Assembly (NCBI GenBank): GCA_052390235.1
Contig: JBQTHB010000005.1
Coordinates: forward strand, 192,001 to 256,000
Direction: 5' to 3'
DNA: 64,000 nucleotides
DNA from: Deltaproteobacteria bacterium
GTDB taxonomy: Bacteria > Desulfobacterota_D > UBA1144 > Nemesobacterales > CSP1-2
Positions 1-10,820 of the stretch are shown here, piece by piece (positions within the stretch are counted from its first letter, which is position 1; each line of letters opens with the position of its first letter). The translations under genes and the position numbers were made by a program. The notes under the pieces are model-generated. The model saw only the letters and a program-made list of their open reading frames with translations. It made no database searches and was not told the origin of the DNA.

Positions 1-1
1 C

Positions 2-928
2 GCGCAGCTCTACGCAAAGGGGAGAGCCGAATATCTCAAATTCAGCCCCAGAGGGTTTCAGGAAGCCCTCTCGCTGTATAATCAAGCAGTACAAGCCGAC
101 CCGAAATTCGCCCCAGCCTACGCGGGTATCGGCGAGGTGTATTCAGTCATGGGATATTATAGGTTTGAAGACCGCGAGGAGTACGAGGGTTTCTTCAATG
201 AATCATATAAAAACATTAAAAAGGCGATGAGCCTCGATAGAAATAAAAGAGAGTGCCGCCGCGCCCTTGCGCTGAACTACCTGCACCTTCGGAGATTCAA
301 AGAAGCCGAGGGCGTAGCCCAGTATCTAATCGCGCTTGACCCAAACGACGCCGAGAGTCTCTACATCCTCTGGGCGGCCTCTGGCAGAGACCCCGAAAGC
401 CCGTCCATTAAGCGGGTGCTTGAGCTGAACCCGAGCCTCGCGCTGGCGCATCTGGATTTGGGCAAGATGTACTTTTTCAAAAAAGGCAACTACGCAAATG
501 CCGTTAAATCCTACGAACGCGCGGCGCAGTTATCGCCCGACTCCCCAATTGTGCGCAATTACCTAGGCACCGGTCTTAGAACTCAGGGACAGCTTGAGAA
601 AGCCAAATCCCAGTATATAAAATCAATCGAGCTTGACCCGAACTACGCCGCGCCGTATATGAATCTGGGAATTACGTTCTATTATCTCGGCAAGTTCGCC
701 GAATCCATTGACTATCAGCAAAAGGCAATTGCCCTAAATCCCCGATACCCGGACTCCTATTATTTCCTCGGACTCGCCTATCACAGGGCAAATAACCGGG
801 GCGAGGCTATAAAAAACTACGAGAAATTTATAGCCCTCACGACCTCTCAGGACAGATACCTAGCCTATATCCAGAGCGCCAAAGAAAACGTATCGAGACT
901 CTACGAAGCGCCGGAAGGCAACCAATGA
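2..928 (+). CDS. Tetratricopeptide repeat protein (5'-partial)
   Basis: Frame is open from base 2 (AQLYAKGRAEYLK...ADPKFAPAYAGIGEV) through the listed 137..928 ORF; many TPR units (e.g. AIALNPRYPDSYYFLGLAY). Confidence 0.9.
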   Translation, partial: AQLYAKGRAEYLKFSPRGFQEALSLYNQAVQADPKFAPAYAGIGEVYSVMGYYRFEDREEYEGFFNESYKNIKKAMSLDRNKRECRRALALNYLHLRRFKEAEGVAQYLIALDPNDAESLYILWAASGRDPESPSIKRVLELNPSLALAHLDLGKMYFFKKGNYANAVKSYERAAQLSPDSPIVRNYLGTGLRTQGQLEKAKSQYIKSIELDPNYAAPYMNLGITFYYLGKFAESIDYQQKAIALNPRYPDSYYFLGLAYHRANNRGEAIKNYEKFIALTTSQDRYLAYIQSAKENVSRLYEAPEGNQ

Positions 929-1332
929 GCATGGGACAAGTCGTTTATTATTACGGCAACACCGAGACGCCCCCTTCCGGGTCGAAAGAGATGACGAGAG
1001 AGAAGAAGAGAAGAGAACTCATACGCCTCACTTTCAACCTGGAATCCGACGCGAGCCTCTGGAGTGTCGTGTTCAAGGGGTTTGACGAAGAGGTGGTCTT
1101 AATGTCGAGGTTCGAGGGGAGAAATTTGGAGGCTATCAGGACCCTTCACCGATTCGGGATTATGATAGAGAAGCAGTATCAGGGCTGCAAGGTCGAGATA
1201 GACCGCATGGGGCTAGTAATTAAAAAAACCCTCTTAACCAACGACCTCGCCGTCATCCGCAATTGGACGGAGCTTATGTACAGCGTCCGCGAGGAGATGG
1301 CAAATATCGTGGGGGAAGAGCTTGGAATCTAG
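925..1332 (+). CDS. Hypothetical protein
   Basis: ATGA overlap with the TPR gene stop; 135 aa of natural composition; no family recognised. Confidence 0.7.
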   Translation: MSMGQVVYYYGNTETPPSGSKEMTREKKRRELIRLTFNLESDASLWSVVFKGFDEEVVLMSRFEGRNLEAIRTLHRFGIMIEKQYQGCKVEIDRMGLVIKKTLLTNDLAVIRNWTELMYSVREEMANIVGEELGI

Positions 1333-1535
1333 CGCGCATCGGGGGGCGGGGCGGCGGCGGCGCTTTGCTGAAGGAAATCGAGAATAAATCGCTCCTGCGC
1401 TTCGAGGTTCATCATTATTTTGCTTTGAACCTCAGGCATATCGGTAAAATTCTGCCAGACCTCGGATTTAGTCTTTCTGAGTCCTTCCAATTTTTCACGG
1501 AGCCTTTGAACCTGCTCTTCGGTCGTATTATTCAC
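1329..1535 (-). CDS. Small helical/coiled-coil hypothetical protein
   Basis: GTG at 1535 preceded by GGGAGGGAG SD; MNNTTEEQVQRLREKLEGLRK...; stop overlaps the convergent gene. Confidence 0.65.
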   Translation of the reverse strand: MNNTTEEQVQRLREKLEGLRKTKSEVWQNFTDMPEVQSKIMMNLEAQERFILDFLQQSAAAAPPPDAR

Positions 1536-1772
1536 TTTCTCCCTCCCATAAATGCAGAAATGGAAAATATTGCGAGTCAGCCTCCATCCGACCCCTTTTT
1601 TCAATCCGCTCTTCGGGATAAATTACGCCTAAATACTTTCGAGAGAAATTATACTGCCGATTCAATTCACAGCACAGGATTTGCAGGATGCGCGATTAAA
1701 CCCCCGCGGTTCGCAGCGTCAGGGTTAGGCGGGGTTGTCGAAGCGCGCGCCCCCCTCTGCCAGAGAGTCAGG

Positions 1773-2558
1773 CTAATCTATAAAATTCACGTCCCCCGCG
1801 ACAACGGCTCTAACCCCTCCGCCATCCGTTTTTACGATGAGATACCCGTTTTCATCAATCCCCGCGGCGATGCCCTCGGTTAAATTCCCATCTAAATCCG
1901 CCCGCACCCTGCGGTTCAGCCCGTCCCACCTGTCCATCCACTCGGAAATTATACGGGTATTCCCCCCGCGGACGAGCGCGAGATACCACGCCTCAAGGGA
2001 ATTTATCAAATCGGCGGCAAACCGGGCGCGGTCAACTGCTTGCCCTCCCGCCTCAATTTTAACGGAAGTCGCGCTGATTCCCGATGTTGCCATCTGCTGA
2101 ATCTCGGCTTCGCCCATGTTGAGGTTCACGCCGATACCAACAACGATAAAATCCACAGCGCCGGATTTTAGCTCCATCTCCGTGAGTACACCCGCGACCT
2201 TTTTACCGTTGATGAGGGCGTCGTTGGGCCACTTGATTCGGGAATTTACGCCGCAAAGCCCTATTGCCTCAATCACGGCTATTGAGGAGACCAAAGTGAG
2301 CATCGGCGCGTCGCTTGGCGCAACTTGCGGCCTCAGTATCACTGACATATACAAATTCACCCCGGCGGGTGAGCGCCAACCCCTCTGAAGCCTGCCGCGC
2401 CCGTGAGTTTGAGCATCGGCGATGATGACAGAGCCGTGAGGCTCGCCACGTTTCGCAAGGTCGAGGGCGGTCGTGTTTGTCGAGGCTAGGGTCTCGAAGT
2501 AGTGAGCGGCGCGCCCAAGGAACTCAGTTTTGAGAATGGCATGGTCGAGTGTTAGCAA
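1773..2558 (-). CDS. birA: Biotin-[acetyl-CoA-carboxylase] ligase, monofunctional (no HTH)
   Basis: STN, QTHGRGRLQRGW, KWPND, KVAGVL, GIGVN motifs; in-frame stop just upstream excludes an N-terminal repressor domain. Confidence 0.95.
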   Translation of the reverse strand: MLTLDHAILKTEFLGRAAHYFETLASTNTTALDLAKRGEPHGSVIIADAQTHGRGRLQRGWRSPAGVNLYMSVILRPQVAPSDAPMLTLVSSIAVIEAIGLCGVNSRIKWPNDALINGKKVAGVLTEMELKSGAVDFIVVGIGVNLNMGEAEIQQMATSGISATSVKIEAGGQAVDRARFAADLINSLEAWYLALVRGGNTRIISEWMDRWDGLNRRVRADLDGNLTEGIAAGIDENGYLIVKTDGGGVRAVVAGDVNFID

Positions 2559-2625
2559 GGTTTCATCATAATAATTTGCAGCCGATTAGAATGAATAAAC
2601 TAGAATTATAAAGGGGAGAAACGCT

Positions 2626-3612
2626 CTAGAGGCTTGCCGTCTTTCTGGCGGATTTAAATCCAAGAACGTCGTGAACGGCTTGGATAATATTGCGAGCCTT
2701 AAGGCCGAAGTATTCGAGAAGACGCATCCCATCCCCCGACGCGCCGAATCTGTCCCGCATCCCGACACGCCTTATCGGAATCGGACAATGCTCGCTGAGA
2801 GCCTCAGAAATTGCCCCTCCCAAGCCGCCAATTATATTATGTTCCTCGGCGGTTACAGCGGCCCCGGCGAGTCTCGCCGTTTCGACTATGGTGTCTAAAT
2901 CGAGTGGCTTTATGGTTGCTACATTGACCACGGTGGCGAGGATTCCCTCTTTTTCAAGCGCCTTAGCCGCTTCGAGAGCTTCAGAGACCATAATCCCCGC
3001 GGCGTAAATGGCGACGTGCTTCCCATCCCTCAGAACCGGGGCTTTGCCGACCTCAAACCGGTAGGATTTATTAAATATCGTCGGGAACTTAGCCCTCGCC
3101 AGGCGCACATAGACCGGGCCCTTGCGCTCGATAATTGCCCTTATTGCCTGTTCGGTCTCGATGGCGTCTGCAGGGACAATCACCGTCATATTGGGAAGCA
3201 CCCGCATAAGAGCTATGTCTTCGAGGGCTTGGTGAGTCGCGCCGTCTTCGCCGACGGTAACTCCGGCGTGCGTGGCTACTATCTTCACATTGAGCTTAGG
3301 GAAGGCAATGGACTGCCTCACGTGCTCCCAAGCCCTTCCCGTAGCAAACACGGCAAATGTGCTGGCAAATGGGATTTTGCCGGAGAGCGCGAACCCCGCC
3401 GCCGTTGCCATCATGTCCTGCTCTGAGACGCCCATTGTAAAGAACCTATATGGAAACTCCTTTCCAAAGAGGTTGGTTTTAGTCGAGGAGGTGAGGTCTG
3501 CGTCGAGTACGACGATCTCTGGATGCTCCCTGCCGAGTTCAACTAGGGTTTTCCCATAGACCTCTCGGATATATATGGATTCTCTGACCTCATCCACGAG
3601 AAAACCGCTCAT
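2626..3612 (-). CDS. Transketolase, C-terminal subunit (split type)
   Basis: DADLTSST, GVSEQDM, GEDGATHQ, EEHNIIGGLG motifs. Confidence 0.95.
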   Translation of the reverse strand: MSGFLVDEVRESIYIREVYGKTLVELGREHPEIVVLDADLTSSTKTNLFGKEFPYRFFTMGVSEQDMMATAAGFALSGKIPFASTFAVFATGRAWEHVRQSIAFPKLNVKIVATHAGVTVGEDGATHQALEDIALMRVLPNMTVIVPADAIETEQAIRAIIERKGPVYVRLARAKFPTIFNKSYRFEVGKAPVLRDGKHVAIYAAGIMVSEALEAAKALEKEGILATVVNVATIKPLDLDTIVETARLAGAAVTAEEHNIIGGLGGAISEALSEHCPIPIRRVGMRDRFGASGDGMRLLEYFGLKARNIIQAVHDVLGFKSARKTASL

Positions 3613-4445
3613 GCCGCCTCCCCAAGCTCGCTCAGCGCAATTTTGAGTTCCTCGTCGCTGGGAGGAACGCCGTGATAGTGTCCCTTGTTTTCAAATATGG
3701 AAACCCCCTTGCCTTTTATCGTGTTGGCGATGATGACAAAGGGCTTGCCCTTGGTGCTTCTGGCTCTGTCGAGCGCGCCGAGAATTGCGGCGAGGTCATG
3801 CCCGTCGGGGAGATTTTCAACCTCCCAGCCAAAGGCGCGCCACTTATCGGCAACCGGCTCGATGTCTTTTATCTTGTCCATTGCGCCGTCGTTTTGAAAC
3901 CTGTTTCTGTCAACCAGGGCGCAGATGTTGTCAATTTTTCTATAAGAAGAGGTCGTTATAGCCTCCCAAGTCGCCCCCTCTTGGAGTTCACCGTCGGAAA
4001 GAATGGCATAGACCCTCGTGGGTCTGCCATCCATACGGGCGGCAAGAGCCATTCCATTTGAGACGGAAAGCCCGTGTCCTAGAGAGCCTGTGGAGGCTTC
4101 AATGCCGATGTCGAGGTCGTATTCGGGGTGTCCTTGAAGGCGGCTTTCGGTTTTTCTAAGGGTCAGAAGCTCTTCGCGGGGGAAGTAGCCTGCGTGGGCG
4201 AGGGCGCTGTAGAGGGCGGGCGCGCCGTGTCCCTTGGAGAGGACGAACCTGTCTCTGTCGGCCCATCGCGGGTTTTTTGGGTCGTGCCTCATTTCGGAGA
4301 AATAGAGCGCGACGAGCATCTCCACGGAAGATAGGGAGCCTCCTGTGTGTCCAGATTTTGAGTGGTTGAGAGCCTTAAGCAGGTCAACGCGCACACGCCT
4401 TGAAATCTCAGTCAAAGCCCCAACGTTTTTTGTCCGCTCAAACAT
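3609..4445 (-). CDS. Transketolase, N-terminal TPP-binding subunit
   Basis: SGHTGGSLS, DRFVLSKGH, LQGHP, TGSLGHG, SDGELQEG; 4-bp overlap with the C-terminal subunit gene. Confidence 0.95.
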   Translation of the reverse strand: MFERTKNVGALTEISRRVRVDLLKALNHSKSGHTGGSLSSVEMLVALYFSEMRHDPKNPRWADRDRFVLSKGHGAPALYSALAHAGYFPREELLTLRKTESRLQGHPEYDLDIGIEASTGSLGHGLSVSNGMALAARMDGRPTRVYAILSDGELQEGATWEAITTSSYRKIDNICALVDRNRFQNDGAMDKIKDIEPVADKWRAFGWEVENLPDGHDLAAILGALDRARSTKGKPFVIIANTIKGKGVSIFENKGHYHGVPPSDEELKIALSELGEAA

Positions 4446-4810
4446 TTATTATTGTCCCCAAACGCCTGAATTTATAGCCTAATCCAAAAGCTGTATAATA
4501 TTAATTCCCCATTCGGAGTTGTCAAACTATCTCGAAGAGCTTACCCGCATAACCGTTTCAATCCCCGATGCTATGCTGAAGAAAGCAAAGCCCAGAAGGA
4601 TAAATGAGAGATAAGTAAATAGGAGCGCTAACGCTATTGGTGGCGAGCTACGGCGCGTTGCTACATTCCACGGTCAAGTCAATGGTATAATAAGAGCCAA
4701 AGGGGGCAGGGATATGAGAAAAAGCGCGGCTCTTGCGGGAATTTTCTTCATCGCTCTAGCCCCTGCGTCCGCCTATACCCCCAAACAATACCCGCTCCGT
4801 AGAGAGGACT

Positions 4811-6913
4811 ATGAAAATACAAAACCGCCTCATCCAAGAAAAAAGCCCGTACCTCCTCCAGCACGCCGAGAACCCCGTGGACTGGTACCCCTGGGGGGAG
4901 GAAGCGTTCGAGAAAGCGCGAAGAGAGGACAAGCCCATTTTGCTTTCCATCGGGTATTCAACCTGCCACTGGTGTCATGTAATGGAAAGGGAATCGTTCG
5001 AGGACGGAGAAGTGGCGCGCCTGATGAACGAGACTTTCGTCTCCATCAAGGTTGACAGGGAAGAGCGCCCGGACATTGACAATATCTATATGACCGTCTG
5101 CCAGATGCTCTCAAAAGGCGGGGGGTGCGGCTGGCCCCTCAATATCATCATGACGCCCGATAAAAAGCCGTTTTTCGCCGGCACGTATTTTCCCAAGGAG
5201 AGCCGCCACGGAAGGGTGGGAATGACCGAACTCCTGCCGCGCATAAGAGAGATTTGGACGACGAGGCGCGCAGAGGTAGCGGATTCGGCGGAGCAGATTA
5301 CCCAGGCCCTTGGAGAGATGTCCCGCGCCCAAGGAGGCTCTAAAGAGGAGACGCCACCCTCTCTAACCATCGGGACTGCTTTCGAGGAGCTTCGCCGCAG
5401 TTTCGACAGTAAAAACGGCGGGTTCAGCCGCGCCCCAAAATTTCCGACTCCGCACAACCTGCTCTTTCTCCTCCGCTACTGGAAACGGAGCAAGGACGAT
5501 AAAGCCCTTGGGATGGTCGAGCAGACGCTTCAGAAAATGAGACAGGGAGGGATTTACGACCACATCGGCTTTGGATTCCACCGCTACTCGACCGATGAAA
5601 AATGGCTCGTCCCGCACTTCGAGAAGATGCTCTACGACCAAGCGATGCTCGCCATAGCTTACACGGAGGCGTATCAGGCGACGGGAAAAGGGGAATATGA
5701 GGCGACGGCAAGGGAGATTTTCGCCTACGTGGAGAGGGATATGACGTCCCCCGAAGGCGGATTTTATTCAGCCGAGGACGCGGACAGCGAAGGGGAAGAG
5801 GGGAGATTCTACGTTTGGAGCGAGGGGGAGTTGCGCACAATCCTGGGGGCGCAGGAGGCGGCTTTTATCGCGAAGGTATTTAACGCGGACAAAGACGGCA
5901 ATTTTCGGGATGAGGCATCGGGGAAGGAAGCCGGGCATAACATTCTCCATCTCACAAAGCCGCTCCCCGACATCGCCAAGGGTCTGAACATTGCCCCTGA
6001 AGAAATTGAGTATCGCGTCGAGACGGCGCGGGCAGAACTGTTCGCGGCGCGAGAGAAGAGGATTCACCCCCACAAGGACGATAAAATCCTAACCGATTGG
6101 AACGGGATGATGATTGCCGCCCTCGCCAAAGGGGCTTCGGCTTTCGATGAGCCGAAATACGCCGAAACGGCAAAACGCGCCGCCGACTTCCTTTTGACCG
6201 AGATGCGCGGAAGCGGTGGAGGGCTTCTGCACCGCTTCCGAGGGGGAGAGTCCGGAATCAAGGCAAACCTCGACGACTACGCCTACCTAGTTTGGGGACT
6301 AATTGAACTCTACGAAGCCACGTTCGAGGTGAAGTACCTCGAGGCGGCGCTCGCCCTGAATGACTACTCGCTAAAGCGGTTTTGGGACGATGCGGGCGGA
6401 GGATTTTATTTCACCCCCGACGATGGGGAAAAATTAATAGCCCGAAGCAAGGAAATCTATGACGGGGCGCACCCTTCGGGCAATTCCACCTCGGCTCTTA
6501 ATTTGCTGAGGCTTGGGCGGATGTCGGCAAATTCGGATTTGGAAAAAAAATCGGATGCGGTCGGGCGGGCGTTCTCAAAAACGGTTAACCAATTCCCAGC
6601 CGCCTACACGATGCTCATGTCTGCCCTTGATTTCGCCTCTGGCGGGAGCGTCGAGGTCGTCATCGCGGCGGATGCCGAAGCCCACGGCACGCGGCAGATG
6701 CTAAAAGCGCTCCGCCGTGAATTTATTCCGAACAAAGTCGTACTGCTCACAGATGGCAGAGATAACTCGGAGATTGCGAAAATCGCCGAGTTCGCCAAGC
6801 ATCAGGTGATACTCAAGGGGAGGGCAACGGCTTATGTCTGCCTGAACTATCAATGCAATCTGCCGACAAATGACCCAGAGCAGATGCTCAAACTCCTTGG
6901 GATTGAGAAGTAG
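4811..6913 (+). CDS. Thioredoxin-domain/six-hairpin protein (YyaL/SPATA20 family)
   Basis: [58 protein letters not shown]. Confidence 0.95.
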   Translation: MKIQNRLIQEKSPYLLQHAENPVDWYPWGEEAFEKARREDKPILLSIGYSTCHWCHVMERESFEDGEVARLMNETFVSIKVDREERPDIDNIYMTVCQMLSKGGGCGWPLNIIMTPDKKPFFAGTYFPKESRHGRVGMTELLPRIREIWTTRRAEVADSAEQITQALGEMSRAQGGSKEETPPSLTIGTAFEELRRSFDSKNGGFSRAPKFPTPHNLLFLLRYWKRSKDDKALGMVEQTLQKMRQGGIYDHIGFGFHRYSTDEKWLVPHFEKMLYDQAMLAIAYTEAYQATGKGEYEATAREIFAYVERDMTSPEGGFYSAEDADSEGEEGRFYVWSEGELRTILGAQEAAFIAKVFNADKDGNFRDEASGKEAGHNILHLTKPLPDIAKGLNIAPEEIEYRVETARAELFAAREKRIHPHKDDKILTDWNGMMIAALAKGASAFDEPKYAETAKRAADFLLTEMRGSGGGLLHRFRGGESGIKANLDDYAYLVWGLIELYEATFEVKYLEAALALNDYSLKRFWDDAGGGFYFTPDDGEKLIARSKEIYDGAHPSGNSTSALNLLRLGRMSANSDLEKKSDAVGRAFSKTVNQFPAAYTMLMSALDFASGGSVEVVIAADAEAHGTRQMLKALRREFIPNKVVLLTDGRDNSEIAKIAEFAKHQVILKGRATAYVCLNYQCNLPTNDPEQMLKLLGIEK

Positions 6914-7156
6914 CGGCGCGGCTATCGGCGGTTATTGCATTTCACGAGCCTAGAATTATAATTCATCTCTATCCGAGCCGCGTTAAGCCATTGGGAATCC
7001 GAAATCAGGGCGGCGCTGTGCATCGGGCATACTTAATTAAGCCCATCCGCCGTGTAAATTGGGGAAGGCGGCAGAATTTATAATGAGTGGGCGCGGGGGG
7101 GCGAGCTAAAACCTCAGCCCAGAATTTTTATTAGGCGTCAAGGGAGGAGCGGCATA

Positions 7157-7330
7157 ATGCCTAGAGGAAGAAAAAAAATAAAGGATTTAGTTGATATGCT
7201 CGAAGACCCGGAAGATGAAACCTACGTCGGCGTAGATTACGAAGACATCCTAGACCAGATTGAAAGGGATTCCGAAGAGGACGATGATGACGACGACGAC
7301 GGCAATCAGGTAGAGAGAGATGAAGAATAA
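7157..7330 (+). CDS. Small acidic protein, 57 aa (not in ORF track)
   Basis: AGGGAGGAG SD at 7141; [57 protein letters not shown]; overlaps the mnmG 3' end by 25 nt. Confidence 0.7.
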   Translation: MPRGRKKIKDLVDMLEDPEDETYVGVDYEDILDQIERDSEEDDDDDDDGNQVERDEE

Positions 7331-9216
7331 GGGCTGGCTGTTTTATCTACCCGTTTTAAATACACCATAAGAATACCGATTGCCGCAGGGGTGATTCCCG
7401 AAATCCGGCTTGCCTGACCAATTGAGGCTGGGCGGATGTGGGAGAGTTTTTGCACGATTTCCCTAGATAAGCCGGGAATGGAGGCGTAAGAGAACCCGTC
7501 GGGGATTTTCATGCCCTCAGTCCTTCGGAATCTGTCAATCTGCTCCATCTGCCGCTCGATGTAGCCCTCGTACTTTACGTCCATCTCAATTTGAGAGGCG
7601 ATGTCGGTGTTGATAAGCGCCGCCGAGTCCGCATCAATCAACGCAAGGAGGCGATAGTCGAATTCGGGGCGGCGGAGGATTTCCTTGAGCGTGTGGGGCT
7701 TTTTTATTGGCGCAGAGCCGAGCGTTGTGAGCATCTCGTTGAATTTCGGCGTAGGAAACACGCGCGTGGCTTCAAGTCTCGACATCTCACCCTCGATTTT
7801 TCTCTTCTTATCGAGGAATTTTTGGTAATCCTCATCGCAGACAAGCCCGATAGCTCGTCCCCGCTCTCTGAGTCTGAGGTCTGCGTTGTCTTCTCTGAGG
7901 ATAAGGCGGTACTCGGCTCTCGATGTGAACATACGGTAAGGCTCATCCACCCCTTTAGTTACCAAATCGTCAATTAAAATCCCGATATAAGCCTCTGAGC
8001 GGTCTAAGATGAAAGGGGTATCTCCCCTCACGCGGAGGGCGGCGTTGATGCCGGCGATGAGTCCCTGAGAGGCGGCTTCCTCGTAGCCCGTGGTGCCGTT
8101 TATCTGACCTGCAAAATAGAGATTATCGGCGAGTTTGGTCTCAAGCGTGGGTTTAAGCTGCGTGGGGTCTGAGTAATCGTATTCAACGGCGTATCCGGGG
8201 CGCATAATTTCAACTTCCTCTAGCCCGGCGATGGTTCTTACCACCTCGTATTGAACGTCTAGGGGGAGGCTCGTGGACACGCCGTTTGGGTAAATCTCGT
8301 AGGTGCCGACCCCTTCTGGCTCAAGAAATATCTGATGCCGCTCTTTGTCGGCGAATTTGACGACTTTGTCCTCTATCGAGGGGCAGTAGCGCGGGCCAAC
8401 GCCCTTTATCATCCCCGAATAGAGGGGGGATTTATGGAGGTTTTGCCGAATGATATCGTGGGTTTTTTTATTCGTGTAGGTGATGTAGCAGGGCATCTGC
8501 TCGCGCTCGATTTTATCCGTCGAGAATGAAAATGGCTTTGGCTCAGGGTCTGGGGGCTGAGGCTCAAGCGCGCCCCAGTTAATTGACCTCCCGTCGAACC
8601 GTGGGGGAGTCCCCGTTTTGAGCCTGCCGATTCTAAGCCCCAATTTGCCGAAGGAGTCCGAAATCCCTACGGCGGGGGATTCGCCGGCGCGTCCTGCGGA
8701 GATTTGAGTTAGCCCTATGTGGATGAGTCCGTTCGGGAAAGTGCCGGGGGTAACGACGACGGCGTCGGCGAAGAAATGCTCGCCTAAATTGGTTTTCACG
8801 CCCACAGCGCGGCTTCCTTCCAGTAAAAATCCCTCGACCATCCTCTGCTTTATATCAATATTTGGCTCGGCTTCGAGGGCTTTTTTCATATAAATCCGAT
8901 AGGCTTGGCGGTCTGCTTGGATTCTCGTGGCTTGAACTGCGGCTCCGCGGCTGGTGTTAAGCCGCCTGAATTGGATGGCGGTTGCGTCAGCCGCGCGCGC
9001 CATCTCCCCGCCTAGTGCGTCAATCTCCTTTACGAGATGCCCCTTGCCGACTCCGCCTATGGACGGATTGCAGGACATAAGCCCGATGGTGTCAATGTTT
9101 CCCGTGAGGACGAGCGTGCTGCATCCGAGCCTTGCCGAGGCTAAAGCCGCCTCGCAGCCGGCGTGTCCCGCCCCGATAACGATAACGCTATGATTTTTCC
9201 GGTATGTAATTGCCAT
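7306..9216 (-). CDS. mnmG: tRNA uridine-5-carboxymethylaminomethyl(34) synthesis enzyme MnmG
   Basis: [50 protein letters not shown]; start set to ATG 9216. Confidence 0.97.
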   Translation of the reverse strand: MAITYRKNHSVIVIGAGHAGCEAALASARLGCSTLVLTGNIDTIGLMSCNPSIGGVGKGHLVKEIDALGGEMARAADATAIQFRRLNTSRGAAVQATRIQADRQAYRIYMKKALEAEPNIDIKQRMVEGFLLEGSRAVGVKTNLGEHFFADAVVVTPGTFPNGLIHIGLTQISAGRAGESPAVGISDSFGKLGLRIGRLKTGTPPRFDGRSINWGALEPQPPDPEPKPFSFSTDKIEREQMPCYITYTNKKTHDIIRQNLHKSPLYSGMIKGVGPRYCPSIEDKVVKFADKERHQIFLEPEGVGTYEIYPNGVSTSLPLDVQYEVVRTIAGLEEVEIMRPGYAVEYDYSDPTQLKPTLETKLADNLYFAGQINGTTGYEEAASQGLIAGINAALRVRGDTPFILDRSEAYIGILIDDLVTKGVDEPYRMFTSRAEYRLILREDNADLRLRERGRAIGLVCDEDYQKFLDKKRKIEGEMSRLEATRVFPTPKFNEMLTTLGSAPIKKPHTLKEILRRPEFDYRLLALIDADSAALINTDIASQIEMDVKYEGYIERQMEQIDRFRRTEGMKIPDGFSYASIPGLSREIVQKLSHIRPASIGQASRISGITPAAIGILMVYLKRVDKTASPYSSSLST

Positions 9217-9378
9217 CGCCCAGGAGATTCTAAATACACAAAGGTACGCCGTCAACAGGGTTTGGGATAGATAACTCTAGATTTCTACTCTGCGGCTTGG
9301 ACTGACTAAAATGGCGCGTCCCTCTCACAGGACTGGAAATTCTGCCATTTTGCCCCCTGCCCCTCTCTGCCGATTCAA

Positions 9379-10590
9379 TCACTCCGGCAGCAGATGCGCT
9401 TTCACCCGGCTTCCAGCGGGAATGTAGCTTTCCCCCTGCGGCGCGACAATGAGGCAGTTCGAGAGCGCGAAGGATTTCATTATATGGGAGCCCTGGAATC
9501 CCGCCGATTGGACATAAAAAGAGCCGCCCTCCTTTCGGAGCAAACCCCGCAGAAAATGGGTCTTATCCCCCTTTTTTCTGACCTCGTCCACTAGAATTGC
9601 GTCAATCTCCAGCAGAGACGTATCCCGCCTGCCGAGCATCCGGCGAATCGAGGGAAGCACGTACTCATAGAAACAGACCAGAGTCGAGGCAGGGTTGCCG
9701 GGAAGCCCGAAGACGAGCGTGTTGCGTATTCGCCCGAAGAAAAGCGGCCCCCCCGGTCTCTGAGAGACCCTCCAGAAAACGCTTCTGACACCGAATTTCT
9801 CCATTACCTCTCTGACATAATCATAATCCCCGACGGAAACGCCCCCTGTGATGAGAATCACATCCGCCCACTCAAAGCCCTTATCCAATTTCTCCGTGAT
9901 TTGCGAGATGCAATCTCCCACCCTCCCTAGAAAGAGAAATTCCGCCCGCTCCGTGGCTATGGCAGACCTAATGGCGACCGAGTTCGAGTCTCGGATTTTC
10001 CCTCGCCCCGGCTCCTCGTAATAACCCACAAGCTCCTGTCCGGTAACGAGCAGGGCGACGTTGGGCTTTCTGTGAACCGAGAGGGATTTCGCCCCAAGCT
10101 CGGCGAGGAATCCGACAGATGCGGCGTTCAAATAAGCGCCTTTGGGAAGGGCAACGTCGCCCGCCCGAAGCTCCTCGCCCTCGTATCTGACGTTCTCTCC
10201 GGGGGCAGTCTCCCGCTTTGCCGACAGCGCTCCCGCGCTCTCATCAGAGTATTCAACCATCAGCACGGAGTCCGCCCCTAGGGGAAGGCATCCGCCAGTC
10301 ATGATTTTTGCCGCTTCTGTGGGCTGGAGGGTGAAATCGGGGAAATCTCCGGCTTTAATCACTCCTGCCACGGATAAATTCACGGGATTCGCATCGCACG
10401 CCCCTTTGATGTCAGCCGAGCGCAGAGCGTATCCGTCCATGGCGGAGTTCGTAAACAGGGGCAGAGACAGGGGGCTTATAACGTCTTCGGCAAGCACATA
10501 GCCCTTTGCCTCGAGAAGCGGGACTTGGACGGCGGCAAGAGGCTCGGAATTTTCGAGAACGAGTTGTTTAGCCTGCTCTACGGAAACTAT
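9379..10590 (-). CDS. moeA: Molybdopterin molybdotransferase
   Basis: SAMDGYA, IMTGG, TGGVSVGDYD, GLPGNP; homology-like N-terminus (VSVEQAKQLVL) extends to ATA at 10590, which has a GAGGAG SD. Confidence 0.95.
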   Translation of the reverse strand: MVSVEQAKQLVLENSEPLAAVQVPLLEAKGYVLAEDVISPLSLPLFTNSAMDGYALRSADIKGACDANPVNLSVAGVIKAGDFPDFTLQPTEAAKIMTGGCLPLGADSVLMVEYSDESAGALSAKRETAPGENVRYEGEELRAGDVALPKGAYLNAASVGFLAELGAKSLSVHRKPNVALLVTGQELVGYYEEPGRGKIRDSNSVAIRSAIATERAEFLFLGRVGDCISQITEKLDKGFEWADVILITGGVSVGDYDYVREVMEKFGVRSVFWRVSQRPGGPLFFGRIRNTLVFGLPGNPASTLVCFYEYVLPSIRRMLGRRDTSLLEIDAILVDEVRKKGDKTHFLRGLLRKEGGSFYVQSAGFQGSHIMKSFALSNCLIVAPQGESYIPAGSRVKAHLLPE

Positions 10591-10820
10591 GGGGCGCGCT
10601 CCTCGGAGGGGGATTTACAATTTATGTTACATGGGTTTTCGGCTTTGTCATCGGCGGCACAAAATGCGCGATGCGAGATTCAGGATGAAATCATTGGAAT
10701 GTCCCGCCTCGAGTTTAAAATGACGGGAGAGAGACCATCGAAAAGAGACGAGGGCGGCGTCCTAGAGAGAGCGGGGGGGTATTTCTTATAAACCCTGGGT
10801 TCGGTATATTTACGGGTGTC

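Noticed and set aside
1263..1883. 206-aa plus-strand ORF
   Set aside because: Overlaps three better-supported genes; no family features.
6980..7075. Cobalamin riboswitch (AGCCATTG...GGGAAGG resemblance)
   Set aside because: Other core elements are missing and no B12-related gene lies downstream.
7157..7330. Small acidic ORF as Pup/UBact modifier
   Set aside because: Lacks the C-terminal GG(E/Q)/G(E/Q) motif; no ligase or proteasome genes nearby.
10591..10820. Moco riboswitch upstream of moeA
   Set aside because: No recognisable Moco motif on the minus strand.
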